NCBI GenBank assembly: GCA_030390025.1
Contig: CM059437.1
Location: 87,980,001 to 88,044,000, forward strand
Length of the DNA: 64,000 nucleotides
Direction of reading: 5' to 3'
From: Squalus acanthias
Lineage: Eukaryota
Every line of letters starts with the position of its first letter. The stretch's first letter is position 1. Of this stretch, positions 24,013 through 37,691 are shown in pieces. The position numbers and the translations under genes are program-made. The notes beneath the pieces are model-generated. The model worked only from the letters and a program-made list of their open reading frames with translations. It searched no databases and was not told the origin of the DNA.

Positions 24013-24705
24013 ACTTGTGATAACAGAGATGTTTGATTATGTATGTCTGCGATTGATAAAATGACCTTCAGGTGTGTCAATAAAACCTATTGAGCTGATG
24101 GATTCAAATTAAGAGCTTGAGATTCTAGTTCAGAAAATGTGAGGCAACATTCACACTTTAGCAATTTAAATATTTTAATAACCCAATCATCACAGGAAAT
24201 AGTAAAAATACTTGCTGGCATCTGCAGCTTAATCCTTACAGTGCTGGCATCTCCAGGCTGGACAAGCCTGACCCTTCCCCTCCCACCGTGGTCCAAAGCA
24301 TTTAGAATTTCCAGTTGCTAAAAGCTGATGAAACTATTCAAAATGCCCACAAGGATTGTCGCTTGAATTAGTACGGTAATTTATAACATTTCAAAAACAA
24401 AGTGAATGAGCAAGGCCCATAGCGTAGGACTCCGCCAAGGTTAAAAAGAGTAGGAGAGACAGGAAATAAGTCACGAAGTGGTGATGAGATAATGCTAACC
24501 TTGGGATTTAAAAGCCCATAGATGATAACAGGGGAAAAAGGTGTAAAATTACACAAGAGAATTGAGAAACAAAAAAGAGACAAAGACTAAGATATTGTTT
24601 GAGAGTGAGGAAGAAGTTGTAGATGTTGGAAAGGGAACAAAAAGCATTCGGCAAGCACTGTGTGACATTGTGACATCTTGTAGGACATATTGGTATCTAT
24701 ATGGT

Positions 24706-25143
24706 GAACATAAGAACATAAGAAATAGGAGCAGGAGTCGGCCATTTGGCCCTTCGAGCCTGCTCCACCATTCAATAAGATCATGGCTGATCTTTTACCT
24801 CATCTCCACTTTCCTGCACTGTCCCCATATCCCTTGATTCCCTTAATGTTCAAAAATCTATCGATCTCTATCTTGAATATACTCAATGACTGAGCCTCCA
24901 CAGCCCTCTGGGGTAGAGAATTCCAAAGATTCACCACCCTCTGAGTGAAGAAATTTCTCCTCATCTCAGTCCTAAATGGCCGACCCCTTATTCTGAGACT
25001 GTGACCCCTGATTCTAGACTCCCCAGCCAGGGGAAGCTTCCTCCCTGCATCTACCCTGTCAAGCCCTGTAAGAATTTTGTATGTCTCAATGAGATCACCT
25101 CTCATTCTTCTAAACTCTAGAGAATATAGGCCTAGTCTACTCA
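24706..25143 (-). mobile_element. CR1/HER1 LINE 3' fragment
   Basis: ORF2 C-terminus and (aacataag)n tail. Confidence 0.9.
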
Positions 25144-26719
25144 AGACCAAGCGACAATTTGGCCAATTTATACGGTAGAGAACTGCTCCAATTTTTCTTG
25201 GCTCCAGAAACAACTCTGATCTGAAATTGTAAGTTGTGACTTCAGCTTTCATTTCTGGCCACTGGAAATTTCCCCAGTGGTTGGGGAATGTACGGACAGG
25301 TCACCAGCTGAGAACTGCCCCGCCTGCCAGTAAAAACGATGGCTGGTGCCATCCTTCACTGCGGGCGGCATCCCTTCAAGTTCCTGCACTGGTGTGGGGG
25401 GGGCTGGGTGGGGGAACACTTGCCGCTGTTCACAAGATAATTAAATATGGCCCATCGATCCAGAGAGATTGTAACACCTGCCCCATCCCCCCACCATTGA
25501 ATCATCCAATTGTTTCGTAAATGATTCTGGGGGTTTTTGCCTCCACACTTCCATCTGGAAGTTTATTCTGTTGCTTTTGTTGTTCTCCTTTCATAGAATG
25601 ATACACCACAGAAGGAGGCCGTTCGGCCCATCGTGCCTGTGCTAGCTCTTTGAAAGAGCTCTCCATTAGTCCCACTCCCCTGCACTTTCCCCATAGCCCT
25701 GAAAATTTTTCCTTTTCAAGTATTTATCCATTTCCCCTTTGAAAGTTATTCTTGAAATTACTTCCACCGCCCTTTCAGGCAGGAAGCAGCTTGGCCACTA
25801 AGGTCAAAGCTGAACCAATGTTAAATATATTCTGAACAGGGTTGGGTGTTGATGTGTTTGTGATGGGTTGGGTTAAGTTATTTTAGCATTGATCCACTAA
25901 GGCTTCTCTAACTTGTAATGAATAGCACCCCCTTTCGTCTGCTGCCACCTCAGCGCCCCCCCCAAATTTATTTCCCATTTTTTCCCCACCTCTTCTGAAA
26001 CTACAGAGTTATGCTGGGATCTAGATCCACAGGTACTGGCACACTGTGCCAACTTGCCCAAGAAGCCTTTCGTCGAGTGTGAGCCTAGACAGTGAGGCTG
26101 GTGTTCTCCTCCGTGATCCCACCTGAAATGAGGTAGGATAGTGAGCGGGGATGAAGGAAATAACAGATGGCGAGGTCTACTGCTGCCTCACCCCCCTGGC
26201 CTATATTTTACTTACCCCGCTAGGACCTCTGCTGGCCTCTCTTCCCTCGGCCCGCTGTAGGCGAATGTTGGTTCATCTGCTCCGTTGAGGTGCCCTTGCT
26301 TGCTTTTTCTGCTCCTGCGATGGTGTCCCCACTGCAGCGTCGTCAGGCTGGTGGGCAGCCACAGGAGCTGGTATCTGTTAAATAAAGCTGAAGACTACCA
26401 GAAAGCTTCTAGCCACTTAAATTCAAGCTTAACACAGGTCATCAGAAGCGAACACTATAAAGAATAAATCCTGCCCCACTGCTCTTTTCAAAATCAGAGA
26501 TTTTCTGGGTCTCTCAGGGTTTTTTTTTACTGTACCTGCCCCTTTAATGGTGCGGCTGCCTTTAAGGCCCAAATTGCCCCTGAGATTCTGGTTCTCATTG
26601 GCTCTGCCCCTAACAGAGAGCCTCTAGCAGTACCCATAGTCCGCTCTCTTCATTATGATGAGGCCAGCAGGAAATCCTGGTATTCTGTTACTTCCCCAGG
26701 GGCGGTCCTCACATTGCCC

Positions 26720-26890
26720 CTAAACAGCACCTGCCCAGCAAAATCAGCCCTCCTGTTCCAAATATGGCCTCCCCTCTGGCCTATACAAGGTTGAAATTAC
26801 TTGTAGTCAAGTGTCTTTGAGACCTATCCTAGTACTGTCCCCACCACTTACCACGGGCTTATCCCGGGCAGCCACCTATATTGGGTAAAT
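26720..26890. promoter_or_regulatory. Two perfect CArG (SRF) boxes plus an E-box
   Basis: CCAAATATGG at 26758-26767, CCTATATTGG at 26875-26884, and CACCTG near 26728. Motif evidence only. Confidence 0.4.
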
Positions 26891-28094
26891 AGCACTCACC
26901 AGTTGCCAATACCGTTAGGAGCCAATTGCAAAGGCGCCGCTTGGAACGGGTTAAGCGCCCCGGCTATTTCGGGCCGTTCAGTAGGTTATTTAGCAAGTTT
27001 GCACCTCGTTAATTAATCCCCTGTATTTGTGAAATTGTCCCTTTGTCTTGGCAATTGGATTCATCAAAGGCATCAAAATAGAGCCGAGAAGAGGGAGAGA
27101 GGGAGAAGCGCACAATCGAAACTGGCCGTGAATTAATTGGCTGCCGTTTTAATCCTCAGCAGCTGAATATTGTTTGCTTTCAGCCGGTCGAGAACCTGTT
27201 GGCTAGCTTCTGTCCGTTAGAGGGTCGAAATGAGGAGGTTTGATCTATTCTAGTTTAACCGGACACCGCGTATAGTGGGCAAATCATCTTAATGCCAATG
27301 TGTCCGCTATAAGTGGTGTGGACGGTATTTGAGTTGCTCTGTTGGTAAGAGCTTGCTGTTCATTGGAAACTCCCAGGTCCTTTCTCGTCCCCGCATTTGC
27401 TAAACAACGGCAGTAAATAATAAGGCGAAAAGTTCCCTTATTTTAACGGTCTTATTTTCTTTACAAATTTTGTCATGAAGACCCTGAGCCGTTGGACTTG
27501 CAGACGAGCTGTTCTACCTGACTACCTGTTTAGGTCACATATTGAAATACCCAGTCTGAAAGTCACTCGTCTCATTGCGTTTAAAAATTGAGGATGACCT
27601 CTTGCTTTCCACTTAGCAGCAGGTCCCATCTGAATCGGTTGCCGGGAGCGATTCGATGGTGATGGGGCCCAGCTCCTTATCCCCGTGACTCAGAAAGCTT
27701 TATATAGATGCAAATCAAACTGAACTTAGCTCGCACTCCTGATGACAAACATGCCTGCGAGGCTGATGAGGCACAGATACCTCCCAGAAAGGGCATGCTA
27801 GTGTGTTAGACAACCAGGTCACATTGTTCATTGCTCCTGACTAATACGTTATTCTTAAAAGGAACCTAGAAAGAGAAGAAACATGACATTTCAACATTAC
27901 TTCTCACCTAACGATTCCGGCTGTGTGTTTACAATTTTGCTGGGTTAGGGTCAAATACTTTTGCCAGGGAAATGACCCTTTAAATAACGAACTGCTCTGA
28001 AAGTGTATCTACACTGAAGACTGTCGGCTCAGTATTGAAAGGACAGTAACGCTGGGCTGCTCCTAATTGTGGATAAACGCACCGAATATTTAAA

Positions 28095-28412
28095 AAGAAG
28101 AAAAAAAGACTCGCATTTATATAGCGTCCTTCATGAACCCAGGATGTTCCAAAACCCTTTACAGCCAATGAAGTACTTTTTGAAGCGCAGTCACTGTTGT
28201 AATGCAGGAAACGTGGCAGCCAATTTGCGCACAGCAAGCTCCCACAAACAGCAATGTGAAAACGAGCAGGTAATCTGTTTTTAGTGATGTTGATTGAGGG
28301 ATAAATATTGGCCCCAGGACACCGGGGAGAACTCCCCTGCTGTTCTTTGAATAATAATCTTTTACGTCCAGCTGAGAGGGCAGACAGGGCCTCGATTTAA
28401 CGTCTCATCCGC
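28095..28412 (-). mobile_element. DeuSINE (SacSINE1-like) fragment
   Basis: Reverse complement of the core and tail. Confidence 0.8.
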
Positions 28413-28789
28413 ATGGTGGGTTTGCCTGCTGTTAACAAATCACTTCAGTAAACAGCGAGGCTGTTTGGACAATAGAATAGACAACAAGTTGTCCCAGACC
28501 AAAAGAGTAATGTTGGTTGAAATGCACAGGAATATTGTTTGGAATTTCTTAATAAATGAACTGTAGTTTCACAAAATTAAGGCAAATTATCAACAACTTG
28601 ACCTAAACCTGGTACACTTTTTGCTCTCGATGGTGAATGTTACTTCTACTGAAGTTTGAGTTCTTAATCCAAGCTTGTAACCAGTGCTCTGTGATCAGCA
28701 CCCAGTGTGCCCAGCCAATGCAGAGCAACAATTAACAAAGCCAATAGAAGGTAGAACTACATAGTCAATCCAGTAGGATATGTCCGAGG

Positions 28790-29290
28790 GAGTTGTGATC
28801 AATCTGTACAGTGATCTGGTTAGACCACACCTCAAGTGCTGTGTCCAGTTCTGGTTGCCGAGAGACAAGGGAGACATTCAAGCAAATGGGGACAGTGCAG
28901 AGAAGAGTCATGAGGATGATCCTCGAGTCGAGGGTCTTGAGCTATGAGGAAAGACTGGAAGGACGGAGAGTTTTCAGCTTGGAAAGGAGGCGATCTTATA
29001 GAGGTATATAAGAAAGAAAATGGTATGGAACAGGTTAATCCAGAATACCATATGAAAGTAAAGTGGGAGTAGGACTAAGGGACGCAGGTTCAGACTAGTT
29101 AAAGGTAATTTTAAGGCTGAGGTCAGGACGTTATTCTTCACATAGAGAGTGATTACCGCTGGCAGAGTGGGAGAGGTGAAAACCTTGGAATCATTTAGGG
29201 AAGAACTCGATGCAGCAATGGGGCGAGGGCTGCTCTGGAAGATAGAATTAAGATGGGTCGAATGTCCTTCCTTATCCATAAGAATCTTGT
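28790..29290 (+). mobile_element. Old CR1 LINE 3' fragment
   Basis: Degenerate LVRPHL..CVQFW...LSYEERLE remnant. Confidence 0.7.
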
Positions 29291-29359
29291 GATTTTGAGA
29301 CGAGTGGACTAAATTATGAGTAAAACATGGAGAAATTTGGGCTTCTTAGCCTTGAGAGT

Positions 29360-30383
29360 TGTTAATAGTGGGTGCCGCAAGGATCAGTGTTGGTGCCTCA
29401 GCTATTTGCAATCGATATTAATGACTTAGATGAAGGGACTGATTGCAATGTATCCAAGTGTGCTGATGATACAAAGCTAGGTGGGAAAGTAAGCTGTGAG
29501 GCAGACACAAAGAGCCTGCAAAGAGATATAGACAGGCTAACTGAGTGGGCAAGAAGGTGGCAGATGGAATATAATGTGGGGAAATGTGAGGTTATTCATT
29601 TTGGTAGGAAGAATAGAAAAACAAAATATTTTTTAAATGGTGAGAAACTATTAAATGTTGGTGTTCAGAGAGATTTGGGGGTCCTTGTACACGAAACACA
29701 GAAAGCTAGCATGCAGGTACAGCAAGCAATAAGGAAGGCAAATGGTATGTTGTCCTTTATTGCAAGGGGGTTGGAGTATAAGAGTAAGATAGTCTTGCTA
29801 CAATTGTACAGGGCCGTGGTGAGACCACACCTGGAGTACTGTGTACAGTTTTGGTCTCCGTACCTAAGGAAGGATATACTTGCCTTAGAGGGGGTGCAAT
29901 GAAGGTTCACCAGACTGATTCCTAGGATGAGAGGGTTGCCCTATGAGGAGAGATTGAGTAGATTGGGCCTAGATTCTGGAGTTTAGAAGAATGAGAGGTG
30001 ATCTCATTGAAACACATAAGATTCTGAGAGGGGTTGATAGGCTAGGTGCTGAGAGGTTGTTTCCCCTGGCTGGAGAGTCTAGAACTAGGGGGCATAGTCT
30101 CAGGATAAGGGGTCGGCCATTTAGGACTGAGATGAGGAGAAATGTCTTCACACGGAGGGTTGTGAATCTTTGGAATTCTCTGCCCCAGAGAGCTGTGAAT
30201 GCTGAGTCTTTGAGTATATTCAAGAGATCGATAGATTTTTGGACTCATGGGGAATCAAGGGATATGGGGATCAGGCGGGAAAGTGGAGTTGAGGTCGAAG
30301 ATCAGCCATGATCTTACTGAATGATGGAACAGGCTCGAGGGGCCGTATGGCCTACTCCTGCTCCTGTTTCTTATGTTCTTATG
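29360..30383 (+). mobile_element. CR1/HER1 LINE, 5'-truncated (RT C-terminal half)
   Basis: VPQGSVL...ADDTKLGGKV...RPHLEYCVQFWSP with an internal stop; tail tttcttatgttcttatgt. Confidence 0.92.
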
Positions 30384-32225
30384 TAATTGAGAGGTGACTT
30401 GAAAGAGGTACAGTATATAAGAGTAAATGGTATAAAACAAAAGAACAACAGAGGTAAATCTGGAACACTGCTTCAAATTAAACACTGTCGCTGAAGCAAG
30501 GGGACACAGGCTCAAGCTTATAAAAGCAAATTTCGGACTGAAATCAGTTCTTTTTCACACACAGAGTGATCAACACATGGTAGGGTAGTGGAGTCAAAGC
30601 CCTGGAATCATTTAAGAAGCAGTTGAGTACCGTGACTGAGCTGAACAGTCCTCTAATCCGTGCTTTCTTATTTTGTAGAAATAGGAAGTGGCTGCGAAAC
30701 TAAAATCAGTTTGCAGGTTTCGGTGCCGACACCTAGGCACGCTCTCAAAACAATTCCTTAGTAAAAGGGCCGTTTAACCTGTAAACGTATTTCACTTCAT
30801 GGAGCGAACTTAGAAGTACGTAGCGGTATTCAGCCAGTACTGAATGGCAAGATGCATCGCTTTGAGTTAACATTTGGACTGAAGAAGTTGCCAGTTCGGG
30901 TGGAATCTGCTCGCCAGCTGCCTCAAGCGCGGGCACCGTCAAACTCATTTCACGTGCTGGGCCTGATCCGATATCCTGGCACTTGACCTGGGCCACATAC
31001 GTCAAAAGTTATTAAAATAGAAGAGAAATCATATTAGGGCCCCAGACGATAATCCTTAATTACAACATTACAACAGTGACTACCCTTCAAAAGTACTTCA
31101 TTGGCTGTGAAGCGCATTGGGACGTCCTGAGGTCGTGACGGGCGCTATATAAATGCAAGTCTTTCTCTCTTTGCTTAATTAGTTCATTTTTTCATTCGTC
31201 TTCAATTATTCCACTCTTCGTAACCCCCTTGACCTTTTTAAATATATTTTTTCTTTCCCTTCCTTTCCCTGCTGAGTTTGTTTCCTAACTCCATTTTAAT
31301 TTCTCTGTTCTTCCATTTTGGGGTCAGCCTGTCTCCCTCACATGTATTTCTCTTCAGTATATATTTGTCTTTCCCATTTAATATTAAAGTAGCTGACTAT
31401 TTAAATAATGAATAATTATGAAGCTGCTGGTTGAATTTAATAATCGACTTAATGAATGGCTGGCTGGGTTTATTAAAATGATTAGTGATAGCGATTTTGT
31501 GTTGAAAGCTATTTACAGCACTGACTGAGTTTTAAAAAAAATGAAAATTGCTGAGTCAACTGTGAATTTAAGGAATACCTTTTTGGGAGTATGTTGCATG
31601 CCAATGAGCTGTTGACAGCAAGTAGTTAATAATGTAATAATTGGGCGGTTTTATTAATTAGCTGTGTTTCTGCTATCCAATGCTTTGTCACCCTTCTATT
31701 CTCACCCTTCTGATCCCCATCTGCTGCTGCTCCAGATTAATTACTGATGGCTTCTCTCCAGCAAATGCTGCTCAACTCCCAATGCTCTTTCTGCTTTTTT
31801 TTGCATCTGTCGGTTTCGGTGACTGGTGCCGTCTTCAATTCCTTCCTCCGCTCCTGCTCAAAAATCAGCCCTGTCTCTCGAGGAGATTTTCTCCGGGCAC
31901 TCCCGAGTTCACGGGAAGTCTGTGGGCTGGAAGAAAATGTTAATAAGGCCGCAATTTGGACACCCCTGCCTATCTGATGCCAGTAGAAAGTATGTTTCCC
32001 CACACAAATCTTTTATTAAAAAAAAATCTATTTACCTGCTGTTTGGTTAAAGGATAACTCGAATTACATAGAATTTACAGCACAGAAACAGGCCATTCGG
32101 CCCATCTGGTCTGTGCTGGTGTTTATGCTCCACACGAGCCTCCTCCCACCCTACTTCATCTCACCCCATCAGCATTACCTTCTATTCCTTTCCCCCTCGT
32201 GCTCTTATTTAGCTTTCCCTTTATA

Positions 32226-33058
32226 GGGCAGAATTTTCATTGACCCGTGGAGGCGGGTTTGGAGGCGTGTGGGGGATTAAAATTGCAGATTCGGGGGTCC
32301 CGAACCCATCCCGCCCCCAACCCGCCTCCATGCCAGTTTCACAGGAGGCGGGTACCTGACCTGTGCTGGGACCAGCTTCCCCGAGGCGGGAAGGGGATTA
32401 GTGCCAATAAACTGCCTGTTAACAGGTAGTTTTTTGCCTAATCCCTATTTTTAGCCCTGAAGTGTGGGCTTCCCGACAGGTCCGAACCACACCGTTTTAG
32501 CGAGGCGGACCGTGGGTCTGCAGGGGTTGGAGGGGTCGATATGTCCGGTGGGCAGGTGAGTGATGGGTGCATGTGTGCAGAGGTAAGTGTGTAAGGTAAG
32601 TGTAAAGTGTGGAAAAAAGTTTTACTTACCTTAACTTCCTCTTGTAGGTGTCAGCCCTTCAGGTCTCTGGAGTCAGAAATCTCACCGGCACAGAAAGCAG
32701 AATGGCTGTTGAGCTGTCAAAACCTGCAGCCTCTGCTTTTTGTTCTGCAGAGATCTCTAAATCAGCCTGAGAGGAAGGAATTAACTTAGAGGACAGATTG
32801 TCAGTGTTTGACAGCTTCAAGGAGCTGTCAAACACTGATATTTCATCTGTCAAAAGCTCTTGACAGATGAAATGTCAATCTGTGACGTCACCTGTTGCCG
32901 GGTGGCCCTTAATTGGCCTGCTGAGCCCGCTGGGCGGGCTTAACAAGGTCAATCAAGGGAAAATACAGTGGGTTGGCCACAAGTCGATGGAGGCGAGACT
33001 ACAACCCAAAAAGTGGGAGTCCCGCCTCCATCACGTCCCCATTGACAAAATCCAGCCC
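32226..33058. mobile_element. Non-autonomous PIF/Harbinger-like DNA transposon (MITE)
   Basis: Terminal inverted repeats (TIRs) gggcagaatttt and aaaatccagccc; 3-bp TSD ATA (32223-32225 and 33059-33061). Confidence 0.75.
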
Positions 33059-33772
33059 ATAGTGTATCGTGCCTCCCGAGGTATCTCATTCACTTAACCT
33101 CTCTTCTGCCCTCCTTTGAACTCAACAATATCAACAACTTGCACTTACACAATGCCTTTAATGTAGTAAATCGCCCCAAGGCGCTTCACAGGAGGCGTAG
33201 TCAGATAAAATTTGACACCGAGCCAAAGAAGAAGACATCGGGACAGGTGACCAAATGCTTGGTCAAAGAGGTAGGGTTTTCTTTCTTTCTTTCTTTTCAA
33301 TTTTGTCATCTTCTCTTCTGACGTACACAGCCCCAGAGAAAACTGAAGAAAACGTTTTTGAAGATTCAAAGGCTTTGTAATCCCTCTGCAGTCTGATCGA
33401 TCTCCCTCTGCGTCCAGTGCCATTTTGTTGCGATGGGTCACCCTTCGACAGTGCACAAAGCCAAGGCAACAGCTGCCTGTCCCCATCTACTGATCTTACC
33501 TCCAGGCACCAGATCTGCATACACAGCGAAACCTGAATTGAGCAATTAATTTAAGGCAGGCGATTGTTGAGGCCTACTTGGCAACCAGCATTCCACAAAG
33601 CCTTACTGACCCCAAAAAAAACAGCAAATGGTGGAAATGCTCAGCAGCTGTGGAGAGCTTTCCAGCATCTGGAGTACTTTCCTCTTTGTTTCTACTGAAG
33701 CGATCGGTTTTGAGTTGCTTTTTCTCCCCTTCCTCATAGTTTTTTTTTTTTCCTCCTCTCTCGAAGACATTT

Positions 33773-34409
33773 GGGCAGATCTTTGATTTTTGCGGTTCAG
33801 CATCAGGCAGGTGGTGGGCGGAGTGATTGCAAGGCCTTCCCGATGAAGCTCGTCGGAGGCCTCTTTGTGGGGGTGGGGGGTGGGGGGGGGTCTGTGGTCA
33901 GGAAATCTGGTGGCTGCCAAGCTGGAAGTCAGGCCTTCAAGCTGTGGGGTGGGGAAGGCAATCCTCTGGGGTTGCCATGGAGGGGCTGACAGCTGACTGA
34001 TTTCTTGTGGGGGCCAGGAAGATCATTCATGTTTCTCCTGGCCCCCGGAAAAATCAGTGGCAAAGCAAACTTAAAAACCTTTTTTTGGAGCGGCCTGCAG
34101 CCGTCCCTTTAAGAACTCTTGTTTCTGCTGCTCAGTGCTCAGTTCCACTGGGCAGCGTGGCCGGAGCGTTTGCATTGGGGTCCTAAATACGGTGTAGGTC
34201 CTCGATTTAAATATTTCAATGAGGCTCCTGCCTGTTTCGTGTGGGAGTGCTGGCCCGCCTGTGTCGAGGCCTCTTTACTGGGCCCTGCGGGAATTCCCAG
34301 AAGTGACCAGAGGTACGGAGCAAGGGGGTCTCTTTCATTTTGTAAAAGTTTCCGTCGGTTCCTCCGCCAGAGTTACAGGTAGGCCCAAGGCCCGCTCGAA
34401 AATTGGGCC
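33773..34409. mobile_element. Possible Harbinger-like MITE
   Basis: GC-rich block ending aaaattgggcc and starting gggcagatcttt. TIR match is weak and there is no TSD. Confidence 0.35.
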
Positions 34410-34459
34410 GATTGCCTCATTGAAATTGGACCGGCGAGCTGCGAATGCTGTTATTCTGC

Positions 34460-35200
34460 AAGCAAATACAACAGCCAATTTGCACTCAACAAGGTCCCGT
34501 AAACAGCAAGTGATTGGCCAGATAATCTGTTTTTTGCTGTTGGTGTTTGAGGGCGGAATATTGGCCAGGACACCAGAGCTCCCTGCTCTTCTTCGGAAAG
34601 TGCCATGGGATCTTCTACATCCACCCGAGCAGGCAGACGGCGCCTCAGTTTAACATCTTATCTGAAAGACGCCACCTCCATCAATCCAGCGCTCCTTTAG
34701 TGTTGGGCTTGCATGTGAGCCAGGATTCTGCGCTCAATCTCTTTGGAGCAGAGGAGGCTGAGGGGAGATTCGATTGAGGTGTATAAGATTATGAGGGGCC
34801 TAGATAGAGTGGATAGGAAGGACCTATTTCCCTCAGCAGAGAGATCAATAACCAGGGGGCATAGATTTAAAGTAATGGGTAGAAGGATTGGAGGAGAGTT
34901 GAGGAGAACTTTTTTCACCCAGAGGGCGGTGAGGGTCTGGAACTCATTGTCTGAAAGGGTGGTAGAGGCAGAAACCCTCATCGCATTTAAAAAGTACTTG
35001 GATATGCACTTGAAGTGTAACCTACAAGGCTACGGACCAAGAGCTGGAAAGTGGGATTGGGCTGTATCGCTCTTTTTCGGCCGGCACAGACACAATGTGC
35101 CGGCCGAATCTATGATTCCATGATTGTATTGGGGCTTTGAAGCCATGACCTTCTGGCACAGAGGTGAGAATGCTGCCAACTGACACGAGTAAGCTTGGTC
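34460..35200. mobile_element. DeuSINE (minus strand) interrupted by a CR1 3' fragment (plus strand, about 34743-35128)
   Basis: SINE core reversed; the CR1 part encodes EQRRLRGDSIEVYKIMRGLDRVD. Confidence 0.8.
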
Positions 35201-35439
35201 TTATTTATACTCAACACGAGAGCCGAAACAACATTGGTAGTTCAATAACTCCAAAACCTGGAGCCCGTTGAAACTACTATGATCAGTCTTCAGAGAGTCC
35301 AATTTTGGATTCAAGAACTCAAAGTTGGAGGGGGGGGGGGGCAAAGTTGTGTCTCTAAAATACTATATAAATGCAAGTTAATTCTTTCTTTAAGCAAATC
35401 TCCATTCTTTCTGGTAATCCAGCGAGGTCACAAGCATTT

Positions 35440-36140
35440 TATTTATTATTCATTCTCAGGATGTGGGCATCGCTGGCAAGGCCGCATTTATTACCCATCC
35501 CTCGTTGACCTGAGAAGATGGTGGAGGGCCATCTTCTTGAACAGCTGCAATGTCGCAGCTTGCTAGGCCACTTCAGAGAGCAGTTAAGAGTCAACCACAT
35601 TGGTGTGGGACTGGAGTAACATGTAGGCCAGGACGGCAGGTTTCCTAAAGGACATTAGTGAACCAATTGGGCTTTTTATGACATCAGCTTTTTATTTCCA
35701 GTACTCAATTCACATTCTCAAACTGCCATGGTGGGATTTTTTTTTATTCGTTCATGGGATGTGGACGTCGCTGGCAAGGCCGGCATTTATTGCCCATCTC
35801 TAATTGCCCTTGAGAAGGTGGTGGTGAGCCGCCTTCTCAACTGCCCTCTGCGGTTCAAGAGTCAACCACATTGCTGTGGGTCTGGAGTCACATATCAGCC
35901 AGACCGGGTAAGGAGGGAAGATTTCCTTCCCTAAAGGACATCAGTGAACCAGATGGGTTTTTATGACAATCCGGTAGTTTCATGGTCACCGTTACTGATA
36001 CCAGCTTTTTATATTCCAGATTTATTTAATTAACTGAATTTAAATTCCCCAGCTGTCGTGGTGGGATTTGAACTCACGTCTACTGAGATCATTAGTCCAG
36101 GCCTCTGGATTACTAGTCCAGTGAATATACCACTACACTT
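35440..36140 (-). mobile_element. Two nested or adjacent Meta/SlmI-like SINE copies
   Basis: Reverse complement of 62025-62440 (ttcatgggatgtggacgtcgctggcaagg...aagagtcaaccacattgctgtggg...ttactagtccagt). Confidence 0.75.
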
Positions 36141-37164
36141 CCATGCCGTACCCTATTGATCATCCAATACATTACCTCATAGGTGACTTTTTCTATAGTA
36201 CCACCAAAAGTATTGGAGGTATAAACAGGGTCTGAGGGTGTGTGTCATTATATCACTCTTGGACTTGACGTCTTCTTGGGGGGGCCTGATTAGGACCCAG
36301 TTTGCATAAACAGTGCTTTTCAATGAACTTTGAGTACACTTTAGCAGTGGGATGTGTGTGGTTTTCTGCCAGATCCAAGATTAAACCACACAACATAGAA
36401 ACAAAAGTTTCATGCTAGATTAGGAGGGGTTTTAATGGGATCATGAATGTCACTGGCCTGCAGCAGGTATCTCCAAAGTACTTTTAAAATGGTGGTTCAT
36501 GCGATCGTCCCTTGTAACAAATACAGCAGTGTACATCTTGAACCCAGCCAGAGTGTCATTGTTGAGCGTGATCTTTGACTGTTTCTCAGGGTAGCTCTTT
36601 GACCTGGTTGCAGACTGTAATCATGTGCCTGTGACGGTGCCAATTTGATGGCTCTTTCACCCTTTCAATGAGCAATCGATTCACCACCATAGTCATACTG
36701 CCGAGCACAGTGTGTGATATTTTTCATGTTTCAATGAACTGATTCACAATTTTGATAGTACGTTGCCCGTACCAGCCCGCAAGCCACACATCTGTATATT
36801 TGCGTTTAAAATGGATATTTGCAATCAACATTCATTTATCAATTGCCTAATTGTGATATTCCAGAATACATGATGAGGAATTGCACGATGTGAATTGCAT
36901 CTAATTGAAGCTCAGCCCATAACAATGCTCAAAAGTTATCTCGCTCATTCATGGAATGTCAACTGTTCCCCACACTAACTCATCAAATATCCTCTATCGA
37001 GCAGTCATAGTTGTTTAAAACTTCTTTTTTTTCATGGGGTATTTTCTGCATCTATCCAGTCTGATATCTTACAGCCAAGGAGAGTGGGGAGGGGGGGGCA
37101 CATCCTGCTCCCAAGCCACCATCAGTACCTCTTGAAGGCCACAGGGACTGCCCAGGCATGAACC

Positions 37165-37265
37165 ATGTAACAGAAAATGCTGGAAACACTCAGCAGGTCA
37201 GGCAGCATCTGTGGAGAGAGAAACCGAGTTAACTTTTCAGGTCAATGACCTTTCATCAGAACTCC
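37165..37265 (-). mobile_element. Penelope-like terminal fragment with a degenerate hammerhead motif
   Basis: The minus strand reads agttCTGATGAaAGGTCattGACCTGAAAagttaact...cagatgctgcctgacctgctgag. Confidence 0.7.
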
Positions 37266-37691
37266 ATGTTACTTTTTAATCCATGGCTACCTCTGCTGCC
37301 ATCGCTGGTTACGGTTTTCAATTCTATCAGAGGTGGGATGATCTCTCTGGCGGCTTGTGTTTGTTTTACCATGAGGCTTTGTGAATCCACAGTCCATAGT
37401 GATTAATGTGCAGCTGTGTTCAATGAGTTTTGACATCTCATAAGATCAGATTTGCCCATCGGGCCCACTGGTTATTATTCATTGCAATGTTGTCTAGTTT
37501 TATTTTTAAGTAAATAACGTGTCTTTTTTATTGTCCAGCCTACATATTTGGCAACAGTGACATTTTTTGTGCATCTTTAAACAGGCCACATTCAGAAATG
37601 AATAATTAAGTTGACAGATTGTTCAAGGCCAAACGCTTTGTATTGACACTAAGACGTTGACAGCAGAAATTAAAACATTTTTAAAACCAAG

